Assembly: GCA_963793265.1 (NCBI GenBank)
Contig: CAWBZI010000006.1
Span: 288,001 to 352,000, forward strand
DNA: 64,000 nucleotides
Direction of reading: 5' to 3'
Source: an uncultured cyanobacterium
GTDB lineage: Bacteria; Cyanobacteriota; Cyanobacteriia; Phormidesmidales; Phormidesmidaceae
The notes under the pieces are model-generated. The model made no database searches and was not told the origin of the DNA. It saw nothing but the letters and a program-made list of their open reading frames with translations. The position numbers and the translations under genes were made by a program. Positions 7,394 through 18,642 of this stretch are shown here, piece after piece. Within the stretch, counting starts at the first letter, position 1. Each line of letters opens with the position of its first letter.

Positions 7394-9298
7394 CTATGCA
7401 GGCGACGAGTACTGATAAATCAACGCCCCTTTCACCTGCTTCAACTGCGCCCACTGTTCTGTTTGATTGATAAATCGCAGCGCGTAGTCTTGTGAAAGTG
7501 CCATTTCTGACCTGATTAACTGCTCTAGCTGAGGATCGGGCTTGTAGTTTTGGCCCATGCCTTGATAAAAACGTCGGGCGATCGCAATCACGTAAAAAGC
7601 ATGATCACCGAACCGCGCCGCCTCACACCGCACAACATACACCGCACCAATCTCATCGAGCGTCGCAAAATAATCTCCTAACTGTCTGACCTCCTCACTA
7701 GGCAAATCATGGGGAACAAACGACGCTTTATCATTTAGCTTTGCTCGCTCAGCCAGCACCAGATTCCAAACGTTCTCATGCTGCTGCCATCGCTGTTTAT
7801 AAGGTTCAGCCAGTGCAGGCTGCGCTTGATTGAGATAAAGAGAATAGGCAGAGCGACAAGCTGAAACCAACAAAGACGGATCTTTATCTATGACGAATTC
7901 CAGATGAGAAATGCAATCTTTGTTCTGTTGTTCGCTAAGCAAACGACCTAGCCAGTATCGAACCTTTGTATTATTCGGAGCCTCTGCCGCAATCTCTTGA
8001 AAAATAGGTAATATCTTTGCGTTTTCATCGAGCTGTCGAACCAATAAAGCTCTTTTAATTCTCTCTTCTATGGTTAGAGAATTGGCTTTGCTGTTCAGAT
8101 AGTCAAGGCGATCGCGCAATCTCTGCCCCGCTCCATAGCTCATCTTCCAACCCACCGAAATCTCTTTCTTCCACAGCCGATCAAGCTCCTCAGTCAAAGC
8201 ACCTGCATAGTCGCCCAGAAGAGAAGTCGCCCGCTCATCAGATTGAACTAAAACATCAGGAATTTCATACCCCAAAGCGCCTAACCGCTCACTTAAACAT
8301 GGATGCGTAGAAGCATTATCAGTTTGTTGAACCAAACGCAGCGCCAGCCAATCTTTAACCCGAGCAGGTGCTATCGAAGAGGCCAGCGCAACCATCATCT
8401 GAGTGACAAAATCATCCGGCGGCTCCGATGAATCCATCGTCTGACGACGAAAAGCCGGATAAAACTCCTCACTCAACCGCGAACTATTTACTCCCAACCA
8501 AATCAAAGCCTCAGCCTTATGCTGTGCCCCCACAATCTCAGCCGCCCGCCGATCCGCCTCATACTCCTGCGACCTGGCATGAACAAAAGAATACGCTTTA
8601 AAAAACGGCCCATACCAGCTAAAAAAGCGCTTGAACAAAAAGCCCCCACCGCCACGCTCAAACCGCTCAGCCAAATCGTACCAAGTCCGCCGAATTCGAT
8701 AAATCCAAGCGCCTACCTTGCCATCACCACCGCATAAATGCGCCAGCTCGTGCGCCATTACCGCCTCAAGCTGCTGAGGTGAAAGCGCCTGCATCAGCGG
8801 CAGTCCAACCACCAAAATATTCGTTTGCCAGCCAATAAAGCCAAGCTTGGGCAACTGCATAATCCCAGCATTGAGATCGTCGTTAAGAATGACCCGGTTA
8901 AGCTTGGGCGCTTGCAGCTTTAGCGACAAATTATCAAGCATTTCAAATAGCAAAGGCACCTGAGCCCGCTTCAGCTCAACGCCCTTTGGCGGCTTCACCC
9001 AAACAAAAAACAAGCTAGCAAAGCCTATTGCCAGCAGCAAAGCGACCATTCCAAACTGATAGAAGATCTCGGGATTGCCTGCCGCAACTATCAGCCCAAA
9101 TACTAGCCACAGTCCGCCAAATAGCAGCGCGAAAACAATCGCAATATATACATAGCCAAGGCTCGCCAGCCACCGCAAACGCCTGCGATAGTAAGCCGGG
9201 TTCCGCTGCGCTACGATCTCGATTTTTCGCACTAGCGCATCAAACGCCTCTGGGGTCGAAATCTTTCTTTTCTGAAGCTGAGCTAGCCGACGAGCCAT
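7394..9298 (-). CDS. M48-family zinc metallopeptidase with C-terminal TPR-like region
   Basis: Two N-terminal TM helices; AHELAH (HExxH), EYEAD and STHP motifs. Confidence 0.85.
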   Translation of the reverse strand: MARRLAQLQKRKISTPEAFDALVRKIEIVAQRNPAYYRRRLRWLASLGYVYIAIVFALLFGGLWLVFGLIVAAGNPEIFYQFGMVALLLAIGFASLFFVWVKPPKGVELKRAQVPLLFEMLDNLSLKLQAPKLNRVILNDDLNAGIMQLPKLGFIGWQTNILVVGLPLMQALSPQQLEAVMAHELAHLCGGDGKVGAWIYRIRRTWYDLAERFERGGGGFLFKRFFSWYGPFFKAYSFVHARSQEYEADRRAAEIVGAQHKAEALIWLGVNSSRLSEEFYPAFRRQTMDSSEPPDDFVTQMMVALASSIAPARVKDWLALRLVQQTDNASTHPCLSERLGALGYEIPDVLVQSDERATSLLGDYAGALTEELDRLWKKEISVGWKMSYGAGQRLRDRLDYLNSKANSLTIEERIKRALLVRQLDENAKILPIFQEIAAEAPNNTKVRYWLGRLLSEQQNKDCISHLEFVIDKDPSLLVSACRSAYSLYLNQAQPALAEPYKQRWQQHENVWNLVLAERAKLNDKASFVPHDLPSEEVRQLGDYFATLDEIGAVYVVRCEAARFGDHAFYVIAIARRFYQGMGQNYKPDPQLEQLIRSEMALSQDYALRFINQTEQWAQLKQVKGALIYQYSSPA

Positions 9299-9326
9299 AG
9301 GCTTAACGCATATTTCTGCGCTCTAT

Positions 9327-9992
9327 TTAGAACCGCTTAAATGCTAGCAATAATCCATCCCCAATCGGCAAAAGGCTCATCGTCACGCGCTGATCGTCCC
9401 GTACTTTTTCGTTTAAAGCGCGAATTCGTTTTGTTCTATTATCTTTCACTTCCGGGTCAGCAACACGGCCGTACCAAAGCGTATTGTCGATGGCAATCAG
9501 ACCACCAGGACGAATAAGCTGTAGCGATTTTTCATAATAATTGTCGTAGTTGCTTTTATCGGCATCGATAAAGGCAAAGTCAAACGTGTTGCTTTCTGCG
9601 GCGGCAATCAGGCCATCTAAGGTTTCTAAGGCTGGGGCGATGCGAAGGTCTATTTTGTCCTCTACGTTTGCTTTTTTCCAGTAGGAGCGGGCGATCGCAC
9701 AAAAATCCTCACTCACATCGCAAGCCACCACCTTGCCATCATCCGGCAGCGCCATCGCCACCACCAGCGCACTATAGCCGGTAAACACACCCACCTCTAG
9801 CGTCTTTTTCGCGCCCATAAGCTGCACCAGCAGGGCCATAAACTGTCCCTGCTCAGGCGAAATCTGCATTCTCGCCTGCGGGTGGGCCATCGTCTCCCGC
9901 CGCAAATCCGCTAGTACCTCTGCCTCACGTAGCGTAGCCGAGAGCAAATAGTTATAGAGCCGGTCATTAAGGCCGATCGTTTGATTAGACAT
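9327..9992 (-). CDS. SAM-dependent O-methyltransferase (caffeoyl-CoA OMT-like)
   Basis: LEVGVFTGYS, FDFAFIDADK, IAIDNTLW and PIGDGL motifs. Confidence 0.9.
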   Translation of the reverse strand: MSNQTIGLNDRLYNYLLSATLREAEVLADLRRETMAHPQARMQISPEQGQFMALLVQLMGAKKTLEVGVFTGYSALVVAMALPDDGKVVACDVSEDFCAIARSYWKKANVEDKIDLRIAPALETLDGLIAAAESNTFDFAFIDADKSNYDNYYEKSLQLIRPGGLIAIDNTLWYGRVADPEVKDNRTKRIRALNEKVRDDQRVTMSLLPIGDGLLLAFKRF

Positions 9993-10008
9993 TCGGTGAA
10001 GTAAAAAA

Positions 10009-10578
10009 CTACGCCGCGCACAGTACGCTGCGCATCGTCTTCATATTACCGGGTAAGTCGTGGCGAATCGCCTGCTCAATTAAAAAACTAGGGACTGGGA
10101 TCAAAGGTGTTGCCTTCACTGAGTAAGTGATGAGTGTGCCTTGGCCATAATCCTCTAACGTAAGATCTGCTGCAAAATCTGAAAAAGTGCCGCGCTCTAA
10201 GCGAAACTGAATTTTTTGGTGGACGGTTTCAATCACCTGAAGGTAAATCTCTACCTGCGCTGAAAACATCAAAAAGGCCCGGCGAGCCACCTGATACAAA
10301 CGGCGCGTCATCGGATGCGTTTTTGACTGCCTTTTGACTTCTAGTACCTGACTTTGGACAATATCAGGAAAGTACTGAACCCACTTGCTATAGTCAGTCA
10401 GCTTTTGCCAGGTGAGCTGTCGCACCATCGGCACGTACATCGTCGCGGTTACCGCTGCCCCTGAGTTCGTGGGCGTCATCGAAATCAAAACGTCGCCTTT
10501 TAATAAAGACTGTTCCTGCTCAGAGGTGACGGTAGCGTGAGCAGAGGGCTGTGCGGCGAGTGTTGAAAGTACTGTCAT
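10009..10578 (-). CDS. SRPBCC/polyketide cyclase-dehydrase (START-like) family protein
   Basis: WQKLTDYSKWVQYFPDIVQS motif; ATG 10578 is the likely start. Confidence 0.8.
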   Translation of the reverse strand: MTVLSTLAAQPSAHATVTSEQEQSLLKGDVLISMTPTNSGAAVTATMYVPMVRQLTWQKLTDYSKWVQYFPDIVQSQVLEVKRQSKTHPMTRRLYQVARRAFLMFSAQVEIYLQVIETVHQKIQFRLERGTFSDFAADLTLEDYGQGTLITYSVKATPLIPVPSFLIEQAIRHDLPGNMKTMRSVLCAA

Positions 10579-11016
10579 AGACAAAAGCGAGCCTAATAAA
10601 GAACCTGAAGTGCGCTAAACAGCGCTTTTGACTAGCCCTGTTAATGGCGCTTTAGCATAGCGTTTTAGAAACTTAGAAATACTTAATTACTAAGCTGGTC
10701 GTTTTATGATCTTCGTCATTATTGCCTAATATTACGGAAGCCACGGTTAAGTGCAGGACAGAAGTCAGTAAACTTTTAGTAAAATTACTGAGTTTGCCGC
10801 CGAGCAGATTCCGTAAAGCAGGCCCCTTGAGGGTGCCCGATTGGCTCCCAAGACGTGCCCTAATTTGCCGGTGTTCCTACCGAAATGAATAAATTTTCTT
10901 GTTTTGACCTGTAGCCCAGCGTTTTCTTATCAAAAAAGAAAAATTGCTGAAGCAAACGGATTCAATCTATCTAAACCTGTAGGACACTATTCACAGCTCT
11001 ATCAACCACAATCACC

Positions 11017-11202
11017 ATGGCTAATCGCTTCCGCCTCAAGCCCGGATCTCAGCTACTCTTATTTTTGGTGTGCTTTACCTTCGGCGTATGGGTGCTGCGC
11101 GGTTTGACGCTGCTCTCGTTTATGCCCGGCATCGTCCTCTATTTGCTAATGTTCGCCTGCCTAGCTGTTTTTATTGTCAACAGCATTCGCTCCATGCGGT
11201 AG
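11017..11202 (+). CDS. Small two-TM hypothetical membrane protein
   Basis: 61 aa with two hydrophobic helices flanking VWVLRGLTLLSFMPG; its 3' end overlaps the YihY gene. Confidence 0.65.
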   Translation: MANRFRLKPGSQLLLFLVCFTFGVWVLRGLTLLSFMPGIVLYLLMFACLAVFIVNSIRSMR

Positions 11203-12210
11203 CGGGTCATGCGGTAGTGGGCTACGCGGTAGTGGACACGAGGCACTCTTTTTCTCCACCATCGCCCGTCCCACCGTCAAGTTCAGCAGATCTCCGATCA
11301 GCATCACCAAAGATGTGATCCATAGCCACAGCAGCAGCACAATCACACTAGCCACCGCGCTATAAACGAAGTTACCAAAGTGCTGAACGTATAGCCGAAA
11401 CAGTCCAGAAATAATCGCCCAGGAAAGCGCTGCTAGCACCGCGCCCGGCATCAGCGGCTTACCCGGATTCCAGCGACTTGGGCCAAACCGATAGACGAAG
11501 GCAAAAGCCGTTGACATCACGCCCAAGGCCAGCGGCCAGCGGAATAAACTCCAAATAGTCGATACCCAAAGGCCCACATCGCCACGGCTGCGGGCCACTA
11601 GCTCCTGCACAATTAGGTCGCTGACGAAAATCAGGCTTGAGGCCGTTATGAGTAGGGCAATGGTGCCTAGCGTTAGTGCTATCGACACCAGGCGAGCTTT
11701 CCAAAAGGGGCGTCTGCGCAGGGGTGGGATCTGGTGCATTTGGTCGAGCGATCGCATGGCCGCACTCATTGCCCCCGACGACGCCCACAGCGCAAAGGCA
11801 AAACTCACCGAAAACAGCCCTCGGCTCTGGTTCTCCACCACGCTCGTCTCAAAACCATAAATCAGCTCAGGCACCCCACCTGGGGCCACTTCGCCCAGGC
11901 TGGTAATCATTTTGATAAAAGTTGACTTCAGCGGCGCGAACAGACCAATCGCTGTCAAAAAAGCCAGTATTGCCGGGAACAAACCCAGCATGGAGTTATA
12001 CGCCATTTCTGAGGCCAAGCTAGGAAGCCTTTGGCGAAAAACATCGCGCACAACCCAGCGCACGACCTGCCAGTTGATGTGTCTCAAAAATCTGGCAAAT
12101 TCAAACGGCGAAAGGTTACGCCAAATTCGCTCCAACGGCTTTTGCTGGCGGTAGGTGGCGTATATTTTTTTAGAGATCGCGCGGCGATTGGGAGGCAAAA
12201 GCAGGCACAA
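11161..12210 (-). CDS. YihY/BrkB-family inner membrane protein
   Basis: ASEMAYNSMLGLFP, ALWASSG and YRFGP...PGA motifs; multiple TM helices; start uncertain. Confidence 0.85.
   Translation of the reverse strand: MCLLLPPNRRAISKKIYATYRQQKPLERIWRNLSPFEFARFLRHINWQVVRWVVRDVFRQRLPSLASEMAYNSMLGLFPAILAFLTAIGLFAPLKSTFIKMITSLGEVAPGGVPELIYGFETSVVENQSRGLFSVSFAFALWASSGAMSAAMRSLDQMHQIPPLRRRPFWKARLVSIALTLGTIALLITASSLIFVSDLIVQELVARSRGDVGLWVSTIWSLFRWPLALGVMSTAFAFVYRFGPSRWNPGKPLMPGAVLAALSWAIISGLFRLYVQHFGNFVYSAVASVIVLLLWLWITSLVMLIGDLLNLTVGRAMVEKKSASCPLPRSPLPHDPLPHGANAVDNKNS
11193..11237. repeat. Three degenerate 15-bp tandem repeats (YAYGCGGTAGYGG core)
   Basis: CATGCGGTAGCGGGT / CATGCGGTAGTGGGC / TACGCGGTAGTGGAC; encodes the PLPxxPLP tail of YihY. 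Confidence 0.75.
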
Positions 12211-12279
12211 AGGGGATCGGACTCTACTTATATAGCCTATTTTGAGCAGGCTTTCTGCTCTCGAACGAGAGGGGATGCG

Positions 12280-13713
12280 CTAGAACTGGAAGTAAATAAA
12301 GGCCGTGTAGCCAACGGGCACGAGCGTCAAAATGACGGCTGCTGCAAAACCATAGCCCACTGCAAATAGTTGATTGGGCAGCTTGGCGAGCGCTTGTGTC
12401 CACACCTGACGCGCGGTGAGCCAGTGCAGAACTGCTAGCACAGCGATGAAGCCTAGAATGCCGATGCTAAGCTGCTGGGTACCGGGCGATCGCAACAGCA
12501 CAAAAGACTTAATTACCGTCATCGCCGTAGCAAAACTCCCCGCTCTGAAAAACACCCAGGTAATGCACACCCAGTAAAAAGTCAGCAGTGCGCCCCACAG
12601 GCTCCACCGATGAACCGCCTTAGCGCCTTTTTGAGATTTAACAAAACCCGCTGAATTCTGCTGAAACTTACTCCATTCCTTATGCGCAATCAGCGCCCCC
12701 CCGTGCAGTGCGCCCCACACCACAAACGTCCAAGCGGCTCCGTGCCACAGCCCGCCTAGCACCATCGTGAGCATGAGGTTGCGGTACGTAAAGAGCGCAT
12801 TGCCCCGGTTCCCGCCCAGTGGAATGTATAGATAGTCCTTGAGCCAGGTGGAGAGGCTGATGTGCCAGCGCCGCCAGAAGTCGGTAATGCTGCTGGCGAA
12901 ATAGGGAAAGTCAAAGTTAAGGCAGAGTTCGTAGCCGAGCAGGCCCGCGCAGGCGATCGCCATATCTGAATAGCCCGAAAAGTCGCAGTAAATCTGCACC
13001 GTATAGCTCAAAACCCCAATCCAGCTACTCAGCGCGTCAAACGCTTCAGGCGCAGAAAAGTAGCGATCCACAATCGGCGCAAGGTTATCTGACACGCAAG
13101 CCTTCTTAAAAAAGCCCACCATAAACAAGGTCAGACAGGCCCGCACGTTCACCTGGCTAAAGCTACGAGCCACATCTAGCTGCGGCAAAAAGTCAGAGGC
13201 GCGCACAATCGGCCCGGCTACCAACTGCGGGAAAAAGGCCACAAAGGTTGCTAAGTCCAGCAGGCTTTTTCGAGGCTGCAAGCGCCCCGCATAAATATCT
13301 AACGAATAGCTCAGCGTTTGAAATGTATAAAAGCTGATGCCCACCGGCAGCACAATATTCAGCGTCACCGCATTCACCGGGAGCCCAGCCCAGCCAAAGA
13401 AGCCCACCGCCGAATCGGCAAAGAAATTCGCATACTTGAAAAAGGCCAGCGCCCCCAGGTTCACACACAGGCTCACCATCAGCCAGTTGCGCTTAGCTCT
13501 AGCGCTCTGCGGTTTTACCAAATTAAGCCCGACCACATAGTCAACCAGTGTCGAACCAATAATCAACGACAGAAACCGCCAGTCCCAAGCGCCGTAAAAG
13601 GCATAGCTACAGGCCAAAATCCAGCCCTTACGCCAGCCGTTATGCCGCAGCGCCCAATACACCCCAAAGACGACCGCAAAGAAGAGAAAAAATCGAAACT
13701 CTGTGAAAATCAT
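12280..13713 (-). CDS. MBOAT-family O-acyltransferase (AlgI/DltB-like)
   Basis: LPVGISFYTFQ, FFPQLVAGPI, DFSGYSD, FWRRWHISLS and GLWHGA motifs. Confidence 0.92.
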   Translation of the reverse strand: MIFTEFRFFLFFAVVFGVYWALRHNGWRKGWILACSYAFYGAWDWRFLSLIIGSTLVDYVVGLNLVKPQSARAKRNWLMVSLCVNLGALAFFKYANFFADSAVGFFGWAGLPVNAVTLNIVLPVGISFYTFQTLSYSLDIYAGRLQPRKSLLDLATFVAFFPQLVAGPIVRASDFLPQLDVARSFSQVNVRACLTLFMVGFFKKACVSDNLAPIVDRYFSAPEAFDALSSWIGVLSYTVQIYCDFSGYSDMAIACAGLLGYELCLNFDFPYFASSITDFWRRWHISLSTWLKDYLYIPLGGNRGNALFTYRNLMLTMVLGGLWHGAAWTFVVWGALHGGALIAHKEWSKFQQNSAGFVKSQKGAKAVHRWSLWGALLTFYWVCITWVFFRAGSFATAMTVIKSFVLLRSPGTQQLSIGILGFIAVLAVLHWLTARQVWTQALAKLPNQLFAVGYGFAAAVILTLVPVGYTAFIYFQF

Positions 13714-14837
13714 TGAGCGGCTACCTCACTGAAGTCTTTCGCCAGTAGCCGCGTAAACTCACGCGACCCGGCATCGTTGAGATGATCCGCGTCATAGCGA
13801 TGATCGGTGCGGTATAGCTGCGGGAACCGATTAGGATTTTTGTAGGAGAACAAAGTATCGATGAGCCCTAGCTGCTGCGCTGCTTGAAAGTCCTTGGGTA
13901 TGTGCAGCGACGGCGGCTCTACAAAGATAGGCTCAGCGCCCGCCGCGCGAATTATCTGCGAAATGCGAGCAAGCAGCCTTTGCTTATTAGCGCTCAAATA
14001 AGGATCGCTATCCGGCTCAGCTTGAACGGTACTTAAGGTATCGACCTGCGCTGCGTAAGCCGACTGACTTTGTAAAAAGCTTTGCCGATTAGGATCGGCC
14101 TCATCTGAGAGCGCGTAATAGCCTTCGGTCGCCGTAAACTCAGCAGCAACAGCTTGTTCTTCAGCAGAAAAATCGCTTGGCAATACCTGATTAAATAGTC
14201 TGCCAACGTTGAGCTGCTGATAGAGGAACGGTAGGAAATGGCTGGTGAGTAAGACAGCTTTGCTCGGGAGGGATTCGTCCGAGGTAAGGATGTAGTCGGC
14301 AGCGATGCGTGTGTTTTTCCACGTATGCCAGTACATCGCCCGATGGGTGCGCGCGTTGGGGATCGGTTCGTAGCCTTTATCTAAAATTGACTCAAAGAAA
14401 ACCCACTTCAGGTCTTTAGGCGGGTTGGCTAAAACTTCCTCCAACAGCACGGCGCTGTCAATCGCTCGCATGGCAGGAATGCCGAAGTTGTAGCTGTTAA
14501 TGTCTAGGCCGCTTGATTGCGCTACGGTGTCGAACACTTCAGGGATGACGTGGCTGTAGATTCGGCTAGAGCCAAAAAATAACGTGTTGTACTCGTCTTT
14601 GTGCGCCTGGTAGTAGTCGTATTTGGGGCCGATAAAAACGACGTTTGAAGGAATTGAGGGGCTAGGGATGATTTGATTGAGCAGGAAGGCGCTGGCGATA
14701 AAGGCGATTAGAGCGATCGCACTTTGCCTGGCATAGCCTGTCAGCACACCGACCTTGCGATACCGACGCCTGCGGCTATTCACGGTGGGATTCACCACGC
14801 TACCTAACACCATCGATACACCGAAGCTCCCGTGCAA
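13710..14837 (-). CDS. SGNH-fold AlgJ/DltD-like partner of the MBOAT acyltransferase
   Basis: N-terminal TM, FFGSSR (block I) and DADHLN (DxxH); ATGA-coupled to the MBOAT gene; start uncertain. Confidence 0.7.
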   Translation of the reverse strand: MHGSFGVSMVLGSVVNPTVNSRRRRYRKVGVLTGYARQSAIALIAFIASAFLLNQIIPSPSIPSNVVFIGPKYDYYQAHKDEYNTLFFGSSRIYSHVIPEVFDTVAQSSGLDINSYNFGIPAMRAIDSAVLLEEVLANPPKDLKWVFFESILDKGYEPIPNARTHRAMYWHTWKNTRIAADYILTSDESLPSKAVLLTSHFLPFLYQQLNVGRLFNQVLPSDFSAEEQAVAAEFTATEGYYALSDEADPNRQSFLQSQSAYAAQVDTLSTVQAEPDSDPYLSANKQRLLARISQIIRAAGAEPIFVEPPSLHIPKDFQAAQQLGLIDTLFSYKNPNRFPQLYRTDHRYDADHLNDAGSREFTRLLAKDFSEVAAQ

Positions 14838-15049
14838 TAAGTTCTCAAGACGCTGAACTTCTTAAGACGCAGGGCAAAAGCCACAGGTTCCAATAGCTGT
14901 GTCTCAAAAATCTGTCTAGAATCCGACGACAGGGCGGCAATACCTACCTATTTGAGCAGTGAACACCGAATGGCGAAACGCTTAGGCTTTTTTACAATAC
15001 ATACATTACGTGAGCTGTTCTGAAGAAGTGCAGGCAAAGGAGGTAGGGT

Positions 15050-17668
15050 ATGCAGCCTAACGATCCCAATAAATTTACTGAGAAGGCATGGAGTGCGATC
15101 GCCCGCACCCCAGATATTGTCAAACAGGCGCAGCAGCAGCAGTTAGAGCCTGAGCATCTGATGCAGGCACTGCTAGAGCAAGAAGGACTAGCGGCCAGCA
15201 TTTTTCAAAAGGTGGGCGTGCCAGTTAGTGCATTGAGCGATCGCACCACCTCCTTTATTAACCAGCAACCCAAAGTTAACGGCAGCGTCGATTCGGTCTA
15301 CTTAGGCAACAACCTCAACACCCTGCTAGATCGCGCCGACAAGTACCGTAAAGACTTTGAAGACGACTACATTTCTATTGAGCATTTAGTGCTTGGCTAC
15401 GTCAAAGACAAGCGCTTTGGCCAAGGCTTACTCAAAGCATTTAACGTTAGCGAACAGGACTTAAAAAAAGCAATTGAACAAATTAGAGGCAATAACAAGG
15501 TGACGGATCAAAATCCCGAAGGCAAATACGAAGCATTAGAAAAATACGGTCGCGATCTGACAGCCTACGCTCGCGAAGGACGGCTAGACCCGGTAATTGG
15601 CCGGGACGATGAAATTCGTCGCACGATTCAGATTTTGTCGCGGCGGACGAAGAATAATCCGGTGCTAATTGGTGAGCCTGGGGTGGGTAAGACTGCGATC
15701 GCAGAAGGCTTAGCTCAGCGAATTGTCAGAGGTGACGTGCCCGCCTCCTTGCAAGATCGCACCTTAATCTCCTTAGATATGGGCTCCTTAATCGCGGGTG
15801 CTAAATACCGAGGCGAATTTGAGGAGCGCTTAAAAGCAGTTCTCAAAGAAGTCACCGAATCTAGCGGCCAAATCGTTCTATTTATTGACGAAATTCACAC
15901 TGTCGTAGGTGCAGGCGCAAGCCAGGGCGCAATGGACGCAGGCAACTTACTCAAGCCGATGCTGGCTAGAGGTGAGCTGCGCTGCATTGGTGCAACCACA
16001 TTAGACGAGTACCGGCAGCACATTGAGAAAGATGCGGCTCTAGAGCGTAGATTCCAACAGGTGTATGTCGATCAGCCCTCCGTGCCTGATACGGTATCGA
16101 TTCTGCGCGGGCTCAAAGAACGCTACGAAGTTCACCATGGCGTGAAGATTGCCGATAGCGCATTAGTAGCAGCAGCGACACTTTCTACGAGATATATCAG
16201 CGACAGGTTTCTTCCTGATAAAGCGATTGACTTAGTAGACGAAGCCGCCGCTAAGCTCAAAATGGAGATTACCTCCAAGCCTGAAGAATTAGACGAAGTA
16301 GATCGTCGAATTCTGCAAATGGAAATGGAACGACTATCGCTACAAAAAGAAAGCGATCCAGCTTCTATGGATAGGCTTAGCGTACTTGAAAAAGAGCTAG
16401 CGGATCTCAAAGAAGAACAAGGCGAGCTGAGCGCTCAATGGCAGTCTGAGAAAGACACTATCGGCAACATTCAGTCGATTAAAGAAGAGATTGACCGGGT
16501 AAATGTCGAAATACAACAGGCCGAGCGCGACGTAGATCTCAACACTGCCGCTGAGCTGAAGTACGGCACCTTGCCAAACTTGCAGGCGAGCTTAGCTAAA
16601 GCAGAAGAAGCCTTAAGTGAGACTCAAGTGAGTGGTAAAACGCTGCTGCGTGAGGAAGTGACTGAAGCTGATATTGCCGAGATTATCTCCAAGTGGACAG
16701 GTATTCCGCTCAGCAAGCTAGTGGCTTCTGAAATGGAGAAGCTGTTGAACTTAGAGAATGAGCTGCACCAGCGTGTGATTGGTCAAGATGAAGCGGTGAC
16801 GGCGGTAGCTGATTCTATTCAGCGATCGCGCGCGGGCCTAGCCGATCCCGATCGCCCCATGGCCAGCTTCATCTTCCTTGGCCCCACAGGCGTTGGTAAA
16901 ACAGAACTTGGCAAAGCCCTCGCCAGCTATCTATTCGATACCGAAGATGCCATCGTCCGCATCGACATGTCCGAATATATGGAGAAGCACTCCGTCTCTC
17001 GCTTAGTCGGTGCCCCTCCCGGCTATGTAGGCTACGACGAAGGCGGTCAGCTCACCGAAGCCGTCCGTCGCCGCCCGTTCTCGGTCATCTTGTTTGATGA
17101 AATAGAAAAAGCCCACCCCGATGTCTTCAACATTCTGTTGCAAGTTCTAGACGACGGTCGCATTACCGACTCCCAAGGTCGCACGGTGGACTTCACCAAC
17201 ACCATCATCATCATGACCAGCAACATCGGCTCCCAATACATCTTGGATATTGCCGGAGACAACAGCCAATACGACGAAATGAACGCTCGTGTCACCGAAG
17301 CTCTGCGTTCAAGCTTCCGACCTGAGTTTCTCAACCGCATTGATGAAATCATCATCTTCCATGCGCTCGAAAAATCTCAGCTCCGCGACATCGTAAAGAT
17401 CCAAATCAAGCGCTTAGAACGTCGCTTGGAAGATCGCAAAATGGCGCTCAAGCTATCCGACGACGCCCTAGACTTCTTAGCCGACGTCGGCTACGACCCC
17501 ACCTATGGCGCACGTCCGCTCAAGCGAGCCATTCAGCGCGAAGTTGAAACCCAAATCGCCAAAGCCATCTTGCGCGGCGAATTCAACACAGGCGACACCA
17601 TCTTCGTGGATGTCGAAAACGAGCGCCTGGCTTTCAAGCGATTGCCTGCTGAGCTAGTTACCGCGTAA
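15050..17668 (+). CDS. clpB: ATP-dependent chaperone ClpB
   Basis: 872 aa with two AAA+ modules ([16 protein letters not shown]), a coiled-coil middle domain and YGARPL. Confidence 0.97.
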   Translation: MQPNDPNKFTEKAWSAIARTPDIVKQAQQQQLEPEHLMQALLEQEGLAASIFQKVGVPVSALSDRTTSFINQQPKVNGSVDSVYLGNNLNTLLDRADKYRKDFEDDYISIEHLVLGYVKDKRFGQGLLKAFNVSEQDLKKAIEQIRGNNKVTDQNPEGKYEALEKYGRDLTAYAREGRLDPVIGRDDEIRRTIQILSRRTKNNPVLIGEPGVGKTAIAEGLAQRIVRGDVPASLQDRTLISLDMGSLIAGAKYRGEFEERLKAVLKEVTESSGQIVLFIDEIHTVVGAGASQGAMDAGNLLKPMLARGELRCIGATTLDEYRQHIEKDAALERRFQQVYVDQPSVPDTVSILRGLKERYEVHHGVKIADSALVAAATLSTRYISDRFLPDKAIDLVDEAAAKLKMEITSKPEELDEVDRRILQMEMERLSLQKESDPASMDRLSVLEKELADLKEEQGELSAQWQSEKDTIGNIQSIKEEIDRVNVEIQQAERDVDLNTAAELKYGTLPNLQASLAKAEEALSETQVSGKTLLREEVTEADIAEIISKWTGIPLSKLVASEMEKLLNLENELHQRVIGQDEAVTAVADSIQRSRAGLADPDRPMASFIFLGPTGVGKTELGKALASYLFDTEDAIVRIDMSEYMEKHSVSRLVGAPPGYVGYDEGGQLTEAVRRRPFSVILFDEIEKAHPDVFNILLQVLDDGRITDSQGRTVDFTNTIIIMTSNIGSQYILDIAGDNSQYDEMNARVTEALRSSFRPEFLNRIDEIIIFHALEKSQLRDIVKIQIKRLERRLEDRKMALKLSDDALDFLADVGYDPTYGARPLKRAIQREVETQIAKAILRGEFNTGDTIFVDVENERLAFKRLPAELVTA

Positions 17669-17705
17669 GCTTCAAGGTAGTAAGACTCGGCCAGCCTATT
17701 AACTC

Positions 17706-17741
17706 AAGCTCCCTGGCTATAGGGATATAGCTGGGGAGCTT
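17706..17741 (+). terminator. Stem-loop after clpB
   Basis: AAGCTCCCTGGCTATA-GGGA-TATAGCTGGGGAGCTT inverted repeat. Confidence 0.65.
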
Positions 17742-17807
17742 TGATATGAGACGAGAACAACAAACTCAGCCATAATAAAGCTACTAACCAATAGTCCACT
17801 AAAGTCT

Positions 17808-18083
17808 ATGACAGCCGCCGAAAAGCTTCACCAGCTCATCCAAACCCTCCCAGAGAACCAGATCAACGAAGTCCTTAACTTTGCCGAATTTCTCCATCAA
17901 AAACATCGCTCTACCAAACCTCATGCGGCTCCTCCTGGAACCCTCACTGGCCTTCGGGGCATCGCCAAGCGATATAATTCAATCGAGAAAATGAGAGGTC
18001 TGCTCGAAACAGATCAACCGGCCCCTACTGACCAAGAGATAGCTGACATGCTAGACGAGCGGCGGATGGAGAAATGTCTCTGA
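17808..18083 (+). CDS. DUF2281-like antitoxin, apparently chimeric
   Basis: EVLNFAEFL motif; TGATG-coupled to the PIN toxin gene. Confidence 0.7.
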   Translation: MTAAEKLHQLIQTLPENQINEVLNFAEFLHQKHRSTKPHAAPPGTLTGLRGIAKRYNSIEKMRGLLETDQPAPTDQEIADMLDERRMEKCL

Positions 18084-18499
18084 TGAGAGTCTTAATTGAC
18101 ACGAATATTATTTTAGACTTTTTGCTACAGCGCGAGCCATTTTACCAAGATGCGAACTTGCTATTTCAGGCCATTGCAGCAGAGCAAATGGATGGTTATG
18201 TCACAGCGACAACGCTAACTGACATTTTCTACATTGCTCGTAAACTTACTGGCAGCCTCGAACTGGCCAGACAGGCAATTCTAGAAACAATGACTGCTAT
18301 GGACGTTTGTCCAGTAGATCGAACCGTTTTAGAAGCTGCTTTTAATTCCCAGCTTCCTGACTTTGAAGATGCTGTTCAAATCTCCAGCGCGGTCATCCAA
18401 AAGCTAGATGCAATTATAACTCGCGATACAAAGGGCTTTACGAGTTCGCCCATTTCAGTCTTGTCTATTCAAGAATTGCTCTCTCGGGCTAGTCAGTAA
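18083..18499 (+). CDS. PIN-domain (VapC-like) toxin
   Basis: RVLIDTNIILD, DFEDAVQ and IITRD motifs. Confidence 0.88.
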   Translation: MRVLIDTNIILDFLLQREPFYQDANLLFQAIAAEQMDGYVTATTLTDIFYIARKLTGSLELARQAILETMTAMDVCPVDRTVLEAAFNSQLPDFEDAVQISSAVIQKLDAIITRDTKGFTSSPISVLSIQELLSRASQ

Positions 18500-18642
18500 G
18501 CAGCCGTTCGCTTTATATCACGAGAGCGTTCTGTATGTCCTTACATACATTCCTGCGTGTCGTTTTATTGACGAGCCCTGCCTTCTGTTACGCAAGTCAA
18601 ACCTGATGGGTAACTTAAAAACGATGTAAAGCTTTCCCAGTT

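Noticed and set aside
11193..11237. Short repeats as a CRISPR array
   Set aside because: These are tandem 15-bp units without spacers, and there are no cas genes in the window.
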